Below are positions 18,948 through 28,361 of a DNA stretch of 40,640 nt, piece after piece. The DNA is from an uncultured Oscillospiraceae bacterium. Lineage in GTDB: Bacteria > Bacillota > Clostridia > Oscillospirales > Oscillospiraceae. The translations under genes were made by a program, and so were the position numbers. The notes below the pieces were generated by a model. It worked only from the letters and a program-made list of their open reading frames with translations, was not told where the DNA came from and did not search any database. The DNA is taken from the NCBI GenBank assembly GCA_964624195.1, contig CAZUWQ010000001.1:1-40640 (forward strand). The letters are read 5' to 3'. Numbering within the stretch: the first letter of the stretch is position 1; every line of letters begins with the position of its first letter.

Positions 18948-19820
18948 ATGTTCGGCTATGTGAGGCCGGTGTTGGATCGGCTGGAGGAGACGGAGCGGGA
19001 ACTCTATCAAAGCGCCTATTGCGGCCTTTGCCACACCATGGGCCGGCGTCACGGCTGGCCGGCCCGGTTCACGCTGAACTACGACTTCGCGTTTCTCACC
19101 GTGCTCATGTACGGCGAGGCGGGAAATGACAACACCCTCTGTGCCCGCTGCCCGGCCCATCCGCTCCGTGCGCCCAGGCAATGTCTGTGCGGGCCCAGTA
19201 TGGAGGCGGCGGCGGACGAGAGCGTCATCCTCACCTGGTACAAGTTCACCGATGATGTGGAGGACCGGGGCTTTTGGCGGGGCCTGCCCTACCGGGTGGT
19301 CCGACGGCTGTTCCGGCGGCCCTATCGGCGGGCGGCGGCGGCCCGACCTGACTTTGATCACAGGGTGCGGGACGGGATGGAACGGCTCAAGGCGCTGGAG
19401 CGGGCCCGCTCGCCCCAGCTGGACCGGGTGGCGGACACCTTTGCCTCGATCCTGGCCGCCGCCGGACGCACCGGTGAGAATGGCCCGAGGGACCGTGCCT
19501 TGGAGCAGCTGCTGTACCATGTAGGGCGTTGGATCTATCTGGTGGACGCCTGGGACGATCTGGACGAGGATCTGAAGAAGGGCCGCTATAACCCGCTGGA
19601 CGCCCGGTTCCAGGGACGGGCCAGAGAGGAGCGGGATTATGTGGAGACTACGATCACTCACTCCGCGCGGCTGGCGGCATCGGCGGCCAACCTGATAGAC
19701 TTCGGTCCCTGGGGCGTTTTGGTGGACAACGTGTTGTATTCCGGTTTACCCGCGGTGCAGAGCGCGGTGATGGACGGCCGGTGGAAAGAATTGCGGAAAA
19801 TGAGGGAGAAACGTACATGA
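18948..19820 (+). CDS. DUF5685-like protein
   Basis: MFGYVRP...YCGLC...LNYD N-terminus; two Asp-rich motifs ([20 protein letters not shown]). Confidence 0.8.
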   Translation: MFGYVRPVLDRLEETERELYQSAYCGLCHTMGRRHGWPARFTLNYDFAFLTVLMYGEAGNDNTLCARCPAHPLRAPRQCLCGPSMEAAADESVILTWYKFTDDVEDRGFWRGLPYRVVRRLFRRPYRRAAAARPDFDHRVRDGMERLKALERARSPQLDRVADTFASILAAAGRTGENGPRDRALEQLLYHVGRWIYLVDAWDDLDEDLKKGRYNPLDARFQGRAREERDYVETTITHSARLAASAANLIDFGPWGVLVDNVLYSGLPAVQSAVMDGRWKELRKMREKRT

Positions 19821-20428
19821 GAGATCCATATGAGGTCCTGGGCGTAAGCCCCGATGCCAGCGATGAAGAGATCAAAAAAGCCTATCGGGAGTTGGCCCGC
19901 AAGTATCATCCGGACAACTACCAGAACAACCCGCTGTCCGATCTGGCGGAGGAGAAGATGAAAGAGATCAACGAGGCCTATGACGCCATCACCAAAAGCC
20001 GGTCCGGCGGCGGCTATGGAGGGGGCAGCGGCAGCTATGGCGGCTCCGCCTATCAGAGCGGCGGCTCCAGCGGCAGATACAGCGGCAGCGCCTCCAACAG
20101 TCAGTTTGCTCAGGCGCGGCAGTATATCAACGCCGGCAACCTGGACGGCGCCGAGCAGATCCTGCAGGGGACGTCCGTCAAAAACGGCGAGTGGTATTTT
20201 CTCATGGGCAGCATCGCCTATCGCCGGGGCTGGCTGGATGAGGCCAGGCAGAATTATCAGATCGCCTGCCAGATGGATCCGGGCAACATGGAGTACCGGC
20301 AGGCTATGAGCATGATGCAGCAGGGGGGCTATAGCTACCGACCCGATGTGGGCGGCGCCCAGTGCGACGGCCTGGACTGCTGCTCCACCATGCTGTGCAT
20401 GAACTGTCTGTGCGGAGGCTGCCGCTGA
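19817..20428 (+). CDS. J-domain protein with Gly/Ser linker, TPR-like helices and Cys-rich C-terminus
   Basis: [30 protein letters not shown]; EWYFLMG...A...DPGNMEY TPR-like segment; ends [21 protein letters not shown]. Confidence 0.9.
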   Translation: MRDPYEVLGVSPDASDEEIKKAYRELARKYHPDNYQNNPLSDLAEEKMKEINEAYDAITKSRSGGGYGGGSGSYGGSAYQSGGSSGRYSGSASNSQFAQARQYINAGNLDGAEQILQGTSVKNGEWYFLMGSIAYRRGWLDEARQNYQIACQMDPGNMEYRQAMSMMQQGGYSYRPDVGGAQCDGLDCCSTMLCMNCLCGGCR

Positions 20429-20429
20429 G

Positions 20430-20948
20430 ATGAAAAAGGCCAGTGTGACCGCAAAGGTCTCTTATTCGGGCGTACTCGGGGTCGTGTCGTTGATTTTGGT
20501 ATACCTCGGCTCCATCGCGCCCACCGGGAATTGGGGTATCGTGGCCGTGGCCGGACTTTTGCCTGCGGCGGCGGTGATCTCGGTAAACCTGCAGGCGGGT
20601 TTTTACTGCTGGGCAGGCGTGTCCATTCTGGGCTTTCTCCTGATCCCCGATAAATTCTGTGTGCTCATGTATACGGCGCTGTTTGGACTGTACCCCATGG
20701 TCAAATCGTTGATCGAGCGGCTGCGGCGCCGGCCTTTGGAATATGTTTTGAAGCTGCTCTTTTTCAACGCGGCCTTCACGGTGATCTATCTGGTGATGAA
20801 GGCCGCAGTACTGGCATCGCTGCCCCAGGCGCTGTCTGTGGTCTGGGTGCTCTATGTGGTGGGCAATATCGTGTTTTTGCTCTATGATTTCGGATTCAGC
20901 AAGCTGATCGCGCTTTATCTGGCCCGTATCCATCGGGCGGCGCGGTAA
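20430..20948 (+). CDS. Integral membrane protein of unknown function (about 5-6 hydrophobic segments)
   Basis: Almost wholly hydrophobic 172 aa; starts 1 nt after the J-protein stop. Confidence 0.8.
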   Translation: MKKASVTAKVSYSGVLGVVSLILVYLGSIAPTGNWGIVAVAGLLPAAAVISVNLQAGFYCWAGVSILGFLLIPDKFCVLMYTALFGLYPMVKSLIERLRRRPLEYVLKLLFFNAAFTVIYLVMKAAVLASLPQALSVVWVLYVVGNIVFLLYDFGFSKLIALYLARIHRAAR

Positions 20949-20961
20949 GGGAGAGAAAGAT

Positions 20962-21849
20962 ATGGTCAGAAGCATGACCGGCTATGGCCGGGGAGAGGCG
21001 GCGCTGGACGGCCTCACCATCACGGTGGAGCTGCGCTCGGTGAACAACCGCTATCTGGACTGTGCCATCAAGCTGCCCCGTACCTACATCTTCGCGGAGG
21101 ACGCCATGAAGGCCAGCGTGCAGGCGGAGGTGGGCCGGGGCAAGGTGGACGTGTTCGTCACCATGACCCAAACCGGCGGCCAGCCTCTGTCGGTGACGGT
21201 GAATGAGCCGCTGGCCCGGGCGTATATCGACGCGCTGTCTCACATTGCGGAGCTGGGAAAAGGCCGCGGCGTCAAGCGTGACTTCAATGCCGCGGAGGTG
21301 GCCCGTTTTCCCGACGTGCTGACGGTGGAGAAGCAGGAGGAGGACCAGGAGGCGATAAAGGTCCGGCTGCTGTCCGCCCTGGATCTGGCGCTGTCGGATT
21401 TCAACGCCATGCGTCAGCGGGAAGGGGAACGGCTTGCCGCAGATATCCTGAGCCGGGCCGATACCATTGAGGAGTTGACGGCCATGGTGGAGCGGCAGTC
21501 CCCTCAGACCGTGGCCGACTACCGGGCCAGGCTGGAGGAAAAAATGCGGGAGGTCCTGCAAAACACCCAGATCGACGAGGGCCGGCTGCTCACCGAGGCC
21601 GCTATTTTTGCGGATAAGGTAGCAGTGGACGAGGAGATCGTCCGTCTGCGCAGCCATCTGTCCCAGCTGCGGGAGCTGCTGAGTCAAGGCGGCGCGGTGG
21701 GCCGCAAGCTGGACTTTCTGATCCAGGAGTTCAACCGGGAGGCCAATACCATCGGCTCCAAGTGCAACGACCTTGAGGTCACCCGCTATGTGGTGGACAT
21801 CAAGGCGGAGATCGAGAAGATCCGGGAGCAGGCGCAAAACCTTGAGTGA
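20962..21849 (+). CDS. yloC: YicC/YloC family endoribonuclease
   Basis: RSMTGYG, ELRSVNNRYLD, RGKVD, EEIVRL.SH, GRKLDFLIQEFNREANTIGSK, EKIREQ.QN.E. Confidence 0.95.
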   Translation: MVRSMTGYGRGEAALDGLTITVELRSVNNRYLDCAIKLPRTYIFAEDAMKASVQAEVGRGKVDVFVTMTQTGGQPLSVTVNEPLARAYIDALSHIAELGKGRGVKRDFNAAEVARFPDVLTVEKQEEDQEAIKVRLLSALDLALSDFNAMRQREGERLAADILSRADTIEELTAMVERQSPQTVADYRARLEEKMREVLQNTQIDEGRLLTEAAIFADKVAVDEEIVRLRSHLSQLRELLSQGGAVGRKLDFLIQEFNREANTIGSKCNDLEVTRYVVDIKAEIEKIREQAQNLE

Positions 21850-21864
21850 GCGGGAGGGCGGCAT

Positions 21865-22128
21865 ATGCAGATGATCAACATCGGCTTCGGCAACGCGGTC
21901 AACGCCCGGCGGGTGGTCGCCATCGTAAGCCCGGAGTCCGCTCCCATCAAACGGTTGGGACAGGAGGCCCGGGAGCGGGGCGTGCTGATCGACGCCAGCT
22001 TCGGCAGAAAGACAAAGGCGGTGCTGGTGATGGACAGCGGCCATGTCATCTGGTCGTCCATTCCGCCGGAACAGCTCTCCGCGCGTGCGTCTGAGAGTGG
22101 AGAGAGCAGGGGAGAAGACCAGACATGA
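21865..22128 (+). CDS. remA: RemA / DUF370 family regulator
   Basis: [29 protein letters not shown]; lies between yloC and gmk. Confidence 0.92.
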   Translation: MQMINIGFGNAVNARRVVAIVSPESAPIKRLGQEARERGVLIDASFGRKTKAVLVMDSGHVIWSSIPPEQLSARASESGESRGEDQT

Positions 22129-22766
22129 CAGAGCTGAATAAAAAGAGAAAAGGTGAGCTGATCGTGCTGTCCGGCCCCTCCGGTGTGGGCAAGAGCACTG
22201 TGATCTCGGAGCTGTTGAGCCGCCGCCGGGACATCCATTTTTCCGTGTCCTACACCACTCGGGCGCCCCGGGTAGGCGAGGCGGACGGCGTCAACTATAA
22301 CTTTGTGTCCCGGGAAGAATTTGAACGGATGATCGCGGCGGGCGAGCTGCTGGAATACGCCCAATATGTGGGAAACTACTACGGGACGTCGCTGAAGGTC
22401 ATCCGGGAGCAGCTGGACCAGGGGGTCGATGTACTGCTGGATATTGAGGTACAGGGCGCCGCCAAGGTGCGGGAGAAATGTCCGGAGGCGGTGTTGATTT
22501 TTATCATCCCGCCCTCGCTGGAGGAGCTGTCCCGCCGCCTGTATAACCGGAACACCGATCCCTCCGACGTCATCAGCCGCAGGTTGGAAAAGGCCAGGGA
22601 GGAGTGCCGGGAGAGCGTCTGCTACGACTACCTTGTGGTCAACGACAATGTGATGGAGGCGGCCGGCGAGATCCTGTCCATTTTAGAGGCGGAGCGGTGC
22701 CGGGTCAAGAAACGCATCCACCTGGCGGAGAGTATCATCGGGACGGCCACTGTATGCGGCCGCTGA
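22125..22766 (+). CDS. gmk: Guanylate kinase
   Basis: [36 protein letters not shown]. Confidence 0.97.
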   Translation: MTELNKKRKGELIVLSGPSGVGKSTVISELLSRRRDIHFSVSYTTRAPRVGEADGVNYNFVSREEFERMIAAGELLEYAQYVGNYYGTSLKVIREQLDQGVDVLLDIEVQGAAKVREKCPEAVLIFIIPPSLEELSRRLYNRNTDPSDVISRRLEKAREECRESVCYDYLVVNDNVMEAAGEILSILEAERCRVKKRIHLAESIIGTATVCGR

Positions 22767-22794
22767 ATATATCATTGGAAAGGATTGAGTTATC

Positions 22795-23025
22795 ATGCTG
22801 CTTTACCCGTCTATGAAGGAACTGCTGCGTCAGGTGCCCAGCCGCTATATGCTGGTCAATCTGGTAGCCAGCCGGGCCCGTAAGATCTCCAGTGAGGCGG
22901 AGCACTCCGGCGTACCGCTGACGGAAAAGGCGGTCACCCTGGCTGTCCGTGAGGTCGCCAGCGGCGCGCTGGTCATTGACGGCCTCGACAACGCGGGCAG
23001 TGTATCGGAACGATCCCCGCAATAA
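22795..23025 (+). CDS. rpoZ: RNA polymerase omega subunit
   Basis: MLLYPS, SRYMLV..ASRAR, KAVTLAVRE; follows gmk. Confidence 0.92.
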   Translation: MLLYPSMKELLRQVPSRYMLVNLVASRARKISSEAEHSGVPLTEKAVTLAVREVASGALVIDGLDNAGSVSERSPQ

Positions 23026-23055
23026 AAGCTTGCTTGAACGTATAAATGAGTTTAC

Positions 23056-23089
23056 TCAGCCTGTCGAAAATACATCTTCGGCAGGCTGA
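23056..23089 (+). other. 13-bp intergenic stem-loop between rpoZ and priA
   Basis: TCAGCCTGTCGAA-N8-TTCGGCAGGCTGA, no U tract. Confidence 0.6.
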
Positions 23090-23126
23090 ATCGACTTCAT
23101 GTCGGCTGCGTATGAAGGAGAAGGCC

Positions 23127-25598
23127 ATGCCTCTGATCGCGAAAGTTGTGGTCGCCGCGGCGATCTACGCCATCGACCGCCCCTATGATTACCTGGTCCC
23201 CCAGGCGCTGGAAGACAGCTTGCAGCCGGGGATGCGGGTCGCGGTGCCCTTTGGTTCGGGAAACCGCGTCAGCGACGGCATCGTTCTGGCGCTGTCAGAG
23301 GCGGAGCGGACAAGTGAAAAATGGAAGGCGCTGCTGGCCCAGCTGGATGAGACGCCCATGCTGAGCCCGGAGGCCATTCAACTGGCTCTCTGGATGCGGG
23401 AGCAATATTTCTGCACTGTGTACGACGCAGCCCGGGCCATGCTGCCCGCCGGCCTGTGGTTTTCTCTGAAGGACTGCTGGAGGATCGCGCCGGGGGTGGA
23501 CCGGGAAAAGGCGTTTGCCGCAGCCGGAAAGTCCAGAAACGCCGCCCGCCTGATCGAGATGCTCTTTGCCAATCAGGGCTGGGCGGAGCTGGGCCAGATC
23601 AGGCTCGCCTTTGGGACGGCGGATCCCGGTCCGGCTCTGAAGCTGCTGGAGCAGCAAGGAATTCTGGTGAAAGAGGTGAGCGCCGCCCGCAAGGTAAATG
23701 ACCGGACGGAGCTGGTGGCCGCGCTGGCGATAGACCCGGAGGACGCCATGGCGATGGTCGCGCCCCGCCGCAAGCGGGCGCCCCTGCAATACGCGGTGGC
23801 GGAGACATTGTGCGGCATCGGGCAGGCGTCGACCAAGGAGTTGTGCTATTTTACCGGGGCGTCCATGACCACCCTGCGGGCACTGGAGAAAGCGGGAGTG
23901 CTGACCCTGCAAAAGTGTCAGGTAGACCGCGCCCAGGAGCCCACAAAGGTGGAGCCGCTGCCCCCGCCCACGCTGAACGAGGAACAGGAGGCTGCCTATG
24001 AGGGGCTGGCCGACCTGTGTGAGTCAAACACCCCGGCAACGGCCCTGCTGTACGGCGTTACCGGCAGCGGGAAGACGCAGGTGTATCTCCGGCTCATTCA
24101 AGCTGTGCTGGAGCGGGGCAGACAGGCGCTGGTCCTGGTGCCGGAGATCGCCCTGACCCCCCAGCTGATGCGCGTCTTCGCAGCCCATTTCGGCCAGCGG
24201 ATCGCTATCCTCCATAGTTCCCTTACCGCCCGGGAGCGTTATGACGAGTGGCGGCGGGTCCGGGACGGGGGCGCCCCCGTGGTGGTGGGCACGCGGTCCG
24301 CGGTGTTCGCGCCGCTGGACCGGCTGGGCCTGATCGTCCTGGACGAGGAGCAGGAGCCGTCCTATAAGTCGGAGCAGACCCCGCGGTACCACGCCAGAGA
24401 TGTGGCCCGGTACCGCTGTTATAAGTCCAACGCCCTTCTGGTGCTGGGCTCGGCCACGCCGTCCATTGAGACCATGTATCATGCCCGTCAGGGTGACTAT
24501 CATCTGTTTACCCTGCGGCGCCGGTTCAACGAGCGGGCCATGCCCAAGGTGGACATCATAGATATGAAAGAGGAGCTGCGCCGGGGCAACGGAGGAAGCG
24601 TCAGCCGTGCGCTGGAGGAGCGGCTGCGGGATGTGATCGAGAGGGGAGAGCAGGCCATCCTGTTCCTGAACCGCCGTGGCGCAAGCCGTATGCTCATATG
24701 CGGCGAGTGCGGGGCGGTGCCGTCCTGCCCCCGCTGCTCGGTCCACCTGACCTACCACTCGGCCAACCACCGCCTGATGTGCCACCACTGCGGCCATTCG
24801 GAGGCGGTGCCGGAGCGGTGCCCCGACTGCGGCGGCCTGTATCGGCCTGTTGGTATAGGCATCCAGAGGTTAGAGGAGGATCTGCGGGAGCTGTTTCCCG
24901 CGGTCCCTATTCTGCGGATGGATGCGGACACTGTGACCGCCACCCGGACCCATGAGGCCATTTTGGAGCAGTTCCGCCGGGATCGGGTACCCATTTTAGT
25001 GGGCACACAGATGGTGGCCAAAGGGCTGGATTTCGAGAATGTGACGCTGGTGGGCGCGGTGGCGGCGGACCAGGCGCTGTATGTGGAGGATTTCCGGGCG
25101 GGGGAGCGCGCGTTTTCTCTTCTGACCCAGGTGGTGGGCCGATCCGGCCGGGGAGAAAAGGAAGGCGTGGCCCTGCTCCAGACCTATACCCCGGACAATG
25201 AGGTGATCCAATGCGCCGCCCGTCAGGATTACGACGCCTTTTATGAGCAGGAGATCAAGCTGAGACAGACGCGGGGCGATCCGCCTTTTGGGGATCTGTT
25301 TGTGCTCAGCGCTTCGGGACTGGAGGAGACTGCGGTACTGCGGGCCTGCGTTCGCCTGCGGGACGCGCTGCTGGCCGCGCTGGACCGCCCGGACTACCTC
25401 CGGTGCGCCTATCAGCTGCTGGGTCCGGCGCCGGCGCCGGTGGTCAAGATGAACAACCGATATCGCTATCGCCTGACGCTGAACACAGCCAATACAAGGC
25501 CAATGCGCCTGCTGATCGCTCATCTGCTGCGCACGGCCCAGGCTGACAAACAAAACCGGGGTGTATCGCTGTTTGCGGACCTGAACCCCATGGACTGA
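23127..25598 (+). CDS. priA: Primosomal protein N' (replication restart helicase)
   Basis: GVTGSGKT, LVPEIALTPQ, DEEQ, LNRRG, four CxxC motifs, GTQMVAKGLDF; start after AAGGAG. Confidence 0.97.
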   Translation: MPLIAKVVVAAAIYAIDRPYDYLVPQALEDSLQPGMRVAVPFGSGNRVSDGIVLALSEAERTSEKWKALLAQLDETPMLSPEAIQLALWMREQYFCTVYDAARAMLPAGLWFSLKDCWRIAPGVDREKAFAAAGKSRNAARLIEMLFANQGWAELGQIRLAFGTADPGPALKLLEQQGILVKEVSAARKVNDRTELVAALAIDPEDAMAMVAPRRKRAPLQYAVAETLCGIGQASTKELCYFTGASMTTLRALEKAGVLTLQKCQVDRAQEPTKVEPLPPPTLNEEQEAAYEGLADLCESNTPATALLYGVTGSGKTQVYLRLIQAVLERGRQALVLVPEIALTPQLMRVFAAHFGQRIAILHSSLTARERYDEWRRVRDGGAPVVVGTRSAVFAPLDRLGLIVLDEEQEPSYKSEQTPRYHARDVARYRCYKSNALLVLGSATPSIETMYHARQGDYHLFTLRRRFNERAMPKVDIIDMKEELRRGNGGSVSRALEERLRDVIERGEQAILFLNRRGASRMLICGECGAVPSCPRCSVHLTYHSANHRLMCHHCGHSEAVPERCPDCGGLYRPVGIGIQRLEEDLRELFPAVPILRMDADTVTATRTHEAILEQFRRDRVPILVGTQMVAKGLDFENVTLVGAVAADQALYVEDFRAGERAFSLLTQVVGRSGRGEKEGVALLQTYTPDNEVIQCAARQDYDAFYEQEIKLRQTRGDPPFGDLFVLSASGLEETAVLRACVRLRDALLAALDRPDYLRCAYQLLGPAPAPVVKMNNRYRYRLTLNTANTRPMRLLIAHLLRTAQADKQNRGVSLFADLNPMD

Positions 25599-25617
25599 TA
25601 AAGGAGAATGATGGACT

Positions 25618-26106
25618 ATGGCCCTACGAACGATCCTGACCCAAGGAGACCCGGCGCTGGGAAAAGTCTGCCGCCCAGTGGAGAGATTTGACGCCCGGCT
25701 GCACATTCTGCTGGACGATATGAAAGAGACTTTGACTGAGTCCAACGGCGTGGGACTGGCTGCCCCTCAAATCGGTATCCTCCGCCGGGTGGTGGTGCTG
25801 CTGGACCAGGAGGAGAACATGGTGGAACTGGTCAACCCGGAGCTGATCCATACCGAGGGCGAGCAGACCGGCCTGGAGGGCTGCCTCTCCGTGCCGGGAA
25901 AGTACGGCGTGGTCACCCGACCCGCCAGGGCCACCGTCCGGGCGCAGGACCGGAATGGCGCGTTTTTTGAGATCGAGGGCGAGAAGCTGGTTGCCAGGTG
26001 TTTCTGCCATGAGCTGGAGCATCTGGATGGACACCTCTTTGTGGAGCATACAGATCGGCTGTATACTGTGGAGGAGCTGGAGGCAATGGAGGCGGAAAAG
26101 GAATGA
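25618..26106 (+). CDS. def: Peptide deformylase
   Basis: GVGLAAPQIG, EGCLS, HELEHLDG. Confidence 0.97.
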   Translation: MALRTILTQGDPALGKVCRPVERFDARLHILLDDMKETLTESNGVGLAAPQIGILRRVVVLLDQEENMVELVNPELIHTEGEQTGLEGCLSVPGKYGVVTRPARATVRAQDRNGAFFEIEGEKLVARCFCHELEHLDGHLFVEHTDRLYTVEELEAMEAEKE

Positions 26107-27020
26107 GGATCCTGTTCATGGGCACGCCGGAATTTGCTGTACCGGCGCTGAAAGCGCTGGTGAGCTCCGGACATGAGCTCTGTGGCGCGGTCACCCAGCC
26201 GGACAAGCCAAAAAACAGGGGAATGAAGCTCCAGCCAACGCCTGTAAAGGAATATGCCATGTCAGTTGATATCCCGGTTTTTCAGCCCGCGAAGCTGCGG
26301 GACGGGGAGGTACTGCGTCTGCTGCGGGAGCTGGCTCCGGACCTGATCGTAGTGGCTGCCTACGGGAAGATATTGCCACCGGATATCCTGACACTGCCTC
26401 CGCTGGGCTGTGTGAATATCCATTCGTCGCTGCTGCCCAAATACCGGGGGGCCGCGCCCATCCAGTGGGCCATCCTCAACGGTGAGACGGAGACCGGTGT
26501 TACCATCATGTATATGGCGGAGGGGCTGGACACCGGGGACATGATCGCCAGCGTGACGACCCCCATCGATCCGGATGAGACTGCCCAGGAGCTCCATGAC
26601 CGGCTGGCAGAACTGGGGGCCAGGCTGCTGTTGGAGGTCCTGCCCCAGCTGGAGGCGGGGACCGCGCCCCGCACGCCCCAGGACGAAAGCCGGTCCTGTT
26701 ACGCTCCCATGCTGTCCAAGGAACTGTCCGCTATCGATTGGAAACGGTCTGCTCGCCAGATCCATGACCAGGCGCGGGGGCTGTATCCCTGGCCCGCAGC
26801 GGTGGCGGAGTTGGACGGGGTGCGGTGCAAGCTGCTGAAGACGACGGTGCCGGACCAGCGGACGGGGAAGACGCCTGGCGCCATTGTGCAGGCGGACAAG
26901 CGGGGGCTGAAGATCGCCTGCGGGGACGGCCAGGTGCTGGAGATCGTAGAGCTGCAGCCGGACGGGAAAAAGCCCATGGCCGCCACCGCGTTTCTGGCGG
27001 GGCACCCCATCCCCGTGTGA
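26103..27020 (+). CDS. fmt: Methionyl-tRNA formyltransferase
   Basis: FMGTPEFA, TQPD, NIHSSLLPKYRGAAPI, GLDTGD. Confidence 0.97.
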   Translation: MRILFMGTPEFAVPALKALVSSGHELCGAVTQPDKPKNRGMKLQPTPVKEYAMSVDIPVFQPAKLRDGEVLRLLRELAPDLIVVAAYGKILPPDILTLPPLGCVNIHSSLLPKYRGAAPIQWAILNGETETGVTIMYMAEGLDTGDMIASVTTPIDPDETAQELHDRLAELGARLLLEVLPQLEAGTAPRTPQDESRSCYAPMLSKELSAIDWKRSARQIHDQARGLYPWPAAVAELDGVRCKLLKTTVPDQRTGKTPGAIVQADKRGLKIACGDGQVLEIVELQPDGKKPMAATAFLAGHPIPV

Positions 27021-27031
27021 GGAGGAGCATC

Positions 27032-28354
27032 ATGGCGTCAGCCAGAGAAGTGGCCATGCTGACCCTGACCGCCTGTGAAAACCGGGGAGCGTGGTCGGAC
27101 GGACACCTGAAAAAACTGCTGCGGGAGCACGGATTGGACCGCAGAGACGCCGCGCTGGCCACCCGTCTATGCTTTGGGGTGCAGCAAAACCGGCTGCTGC
27201 TGGACTGGCACCTGAGCCGGTTTTGCGCCATGAAGCTGGACAAGCTGGAGCCGGCGGCCCGGGCCAACCTCCGCATAGCGGCCTATCAATTATTGCTGAT
27301 GGACAAGATCCCGCCCCACGCGGCGGTGAATGAGGCGGTGGCCCTGACCCGGAGATACTGCCGCAACCCCCGGGCGGCGGGCATGGTCAACGCGATCCTC
27401 CGGGCCATGCTCCGGGAGGAGCGTCTGCCGGAGCCGTGGGGGAAGGATGAGACGGAGGCTCTGTCCATCCGGTACAGCCACCCCCGATGGCTGGTGGAAG
27501 CGTTTGCTGACATACTGGGGCTGGAGGAGGCGGAGCGCCTGCTGCAGGCGGACAACGAACAGCCGCCCACCTGCGCCCAGATCAATTTTCTGGCCGCCAC
27601 CGTGGACAAAGCGCGTGCGCAGTTGGATGCGGAAGGGGTGCGGGCGGTCCCCCATCCATGGATGCCGGACTGCCTGCTGCTCAACGGCACAGGCAGCCTG
27701 GAGGAGCTGACCGCCTATCGGGAGGGGGCATTTTATGTGCAGGACTGCGCCGCCCGGCTGGCCGTCACCGCCGCCGGACTGCGCCCCGGACAGCGGGTGC
27801 TGGACTGTTGCGCCGCCCCCGGAGGTAAATCCTTTGCAGCCGCCCTCGACATGGAGGACCGTGGGGAGATCATATCCTGTGATATCCATCCCCATAAGCT
27901 TAAGCTGATCGAGGCGGGCAGCCGCCGCCTTGGTCTGTCCGCCGTTAGAACAGAGCTCCAGAGCGCGGTAAAGCCCCGGCCGGAGTGGACCGCGTCCTTT
28001 GACGCGGTACTGGCGGACGTTCCTTGTTCCGGGCTGGGCATCATCCGCAAAAAGCCCGACATCCGCTATAAGGATCCCCAGCCCATGAAAGAGCTGCCCG
28101 CGCTTCAGGAAAACATATTGAACAACGTCTCCGGCTATGTGAAGCCCGGCGGTGTCCTGCTCTACTCCACCTGTACGCTTTTGGAGCGGGAAAACGGGGA
28201 GGTCGTAGCCCGCTTCTTGGAGGCCCACCCGGAGTTTTCCCTGGAGGAATTCACCCTGCCCCGCTGGGGGCGCCAACCTGGTACGATGACCTTCTGGCCA
28301 CATATCCACCAAACCGACGGCTTTTTCGCGGCAAAGCTGCGCAGAGAGAGGTGA
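27032..28354 (+). CDS. rsmB: 16S rRNA m5C967 methyltransferase RsmB (Sun)
   Basis: NusB-like N-terminus (AVNEAV, VNAILR), DCCAAPGGK, DVPCSGLG, YSTCT; start after GGAGGAG. Confidence 0.96.
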   Translation: MASAREVAMLTLTACENRGAWSDGHLKKLLREHGLDRRDAALATRLCFGVQQNRLLLDWHLSRFCAMKLDKLEPAARANLRIAAYQLLLMDKIPPHAAVNEAVALTRRYCRNPRAAGMVNAILRAMLREERLPEPWGKDETEALSIRYSHPRWLVEAFADILGLEEAERLLQADNEQPPTCAQINFLAATVDKARAQLDAEGVRAVPHPWMPDCLLLNGTGSLEELTAYREGAFYVQDCAARLAVTAAGLRPGQRVLDCCAAPGGKSFAAALDMEDRGEIISCDIHPHKLKLIEAGSRRLGLSAVRTELQSAVKPRPEWTASFDAVLADVPCSGLGIIRKKPDIRYKDPQPMKELPALQENILNNVSGYVKPGGVLLYSTCTLLERENGEVVARFLEAHPEFSLEEFTLPRWGRQPGTMTFWPHIHQTDGFFAAKLRRER

Positions 28355-28361
28355 GCCCTCC

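Noticed and set aside
18015-19661. Long minus-strand ORFs (548 aa here; also 6185-7591, 4774-6033, 11201-12430, 15340-16527, 20896-22044)
   Set aside because: They are antisense shadows of well-supported + strand genes in GC-rich DNA, with no recognisable motifs.
20426-20652. Possible selenocysteine read-through of the J-protein TGA after its Cys-rich tail
   Set aside because: The read-through frame overlaps the next gene out of frame, looks non-coding, and no SECIS-like hairpin is evident.
23062-23068. Spo0A box TGTCGAA upstream of priA
   Set aside because: A single 7-mer inside a hairpin arm with no associated promoter; expected by chance.
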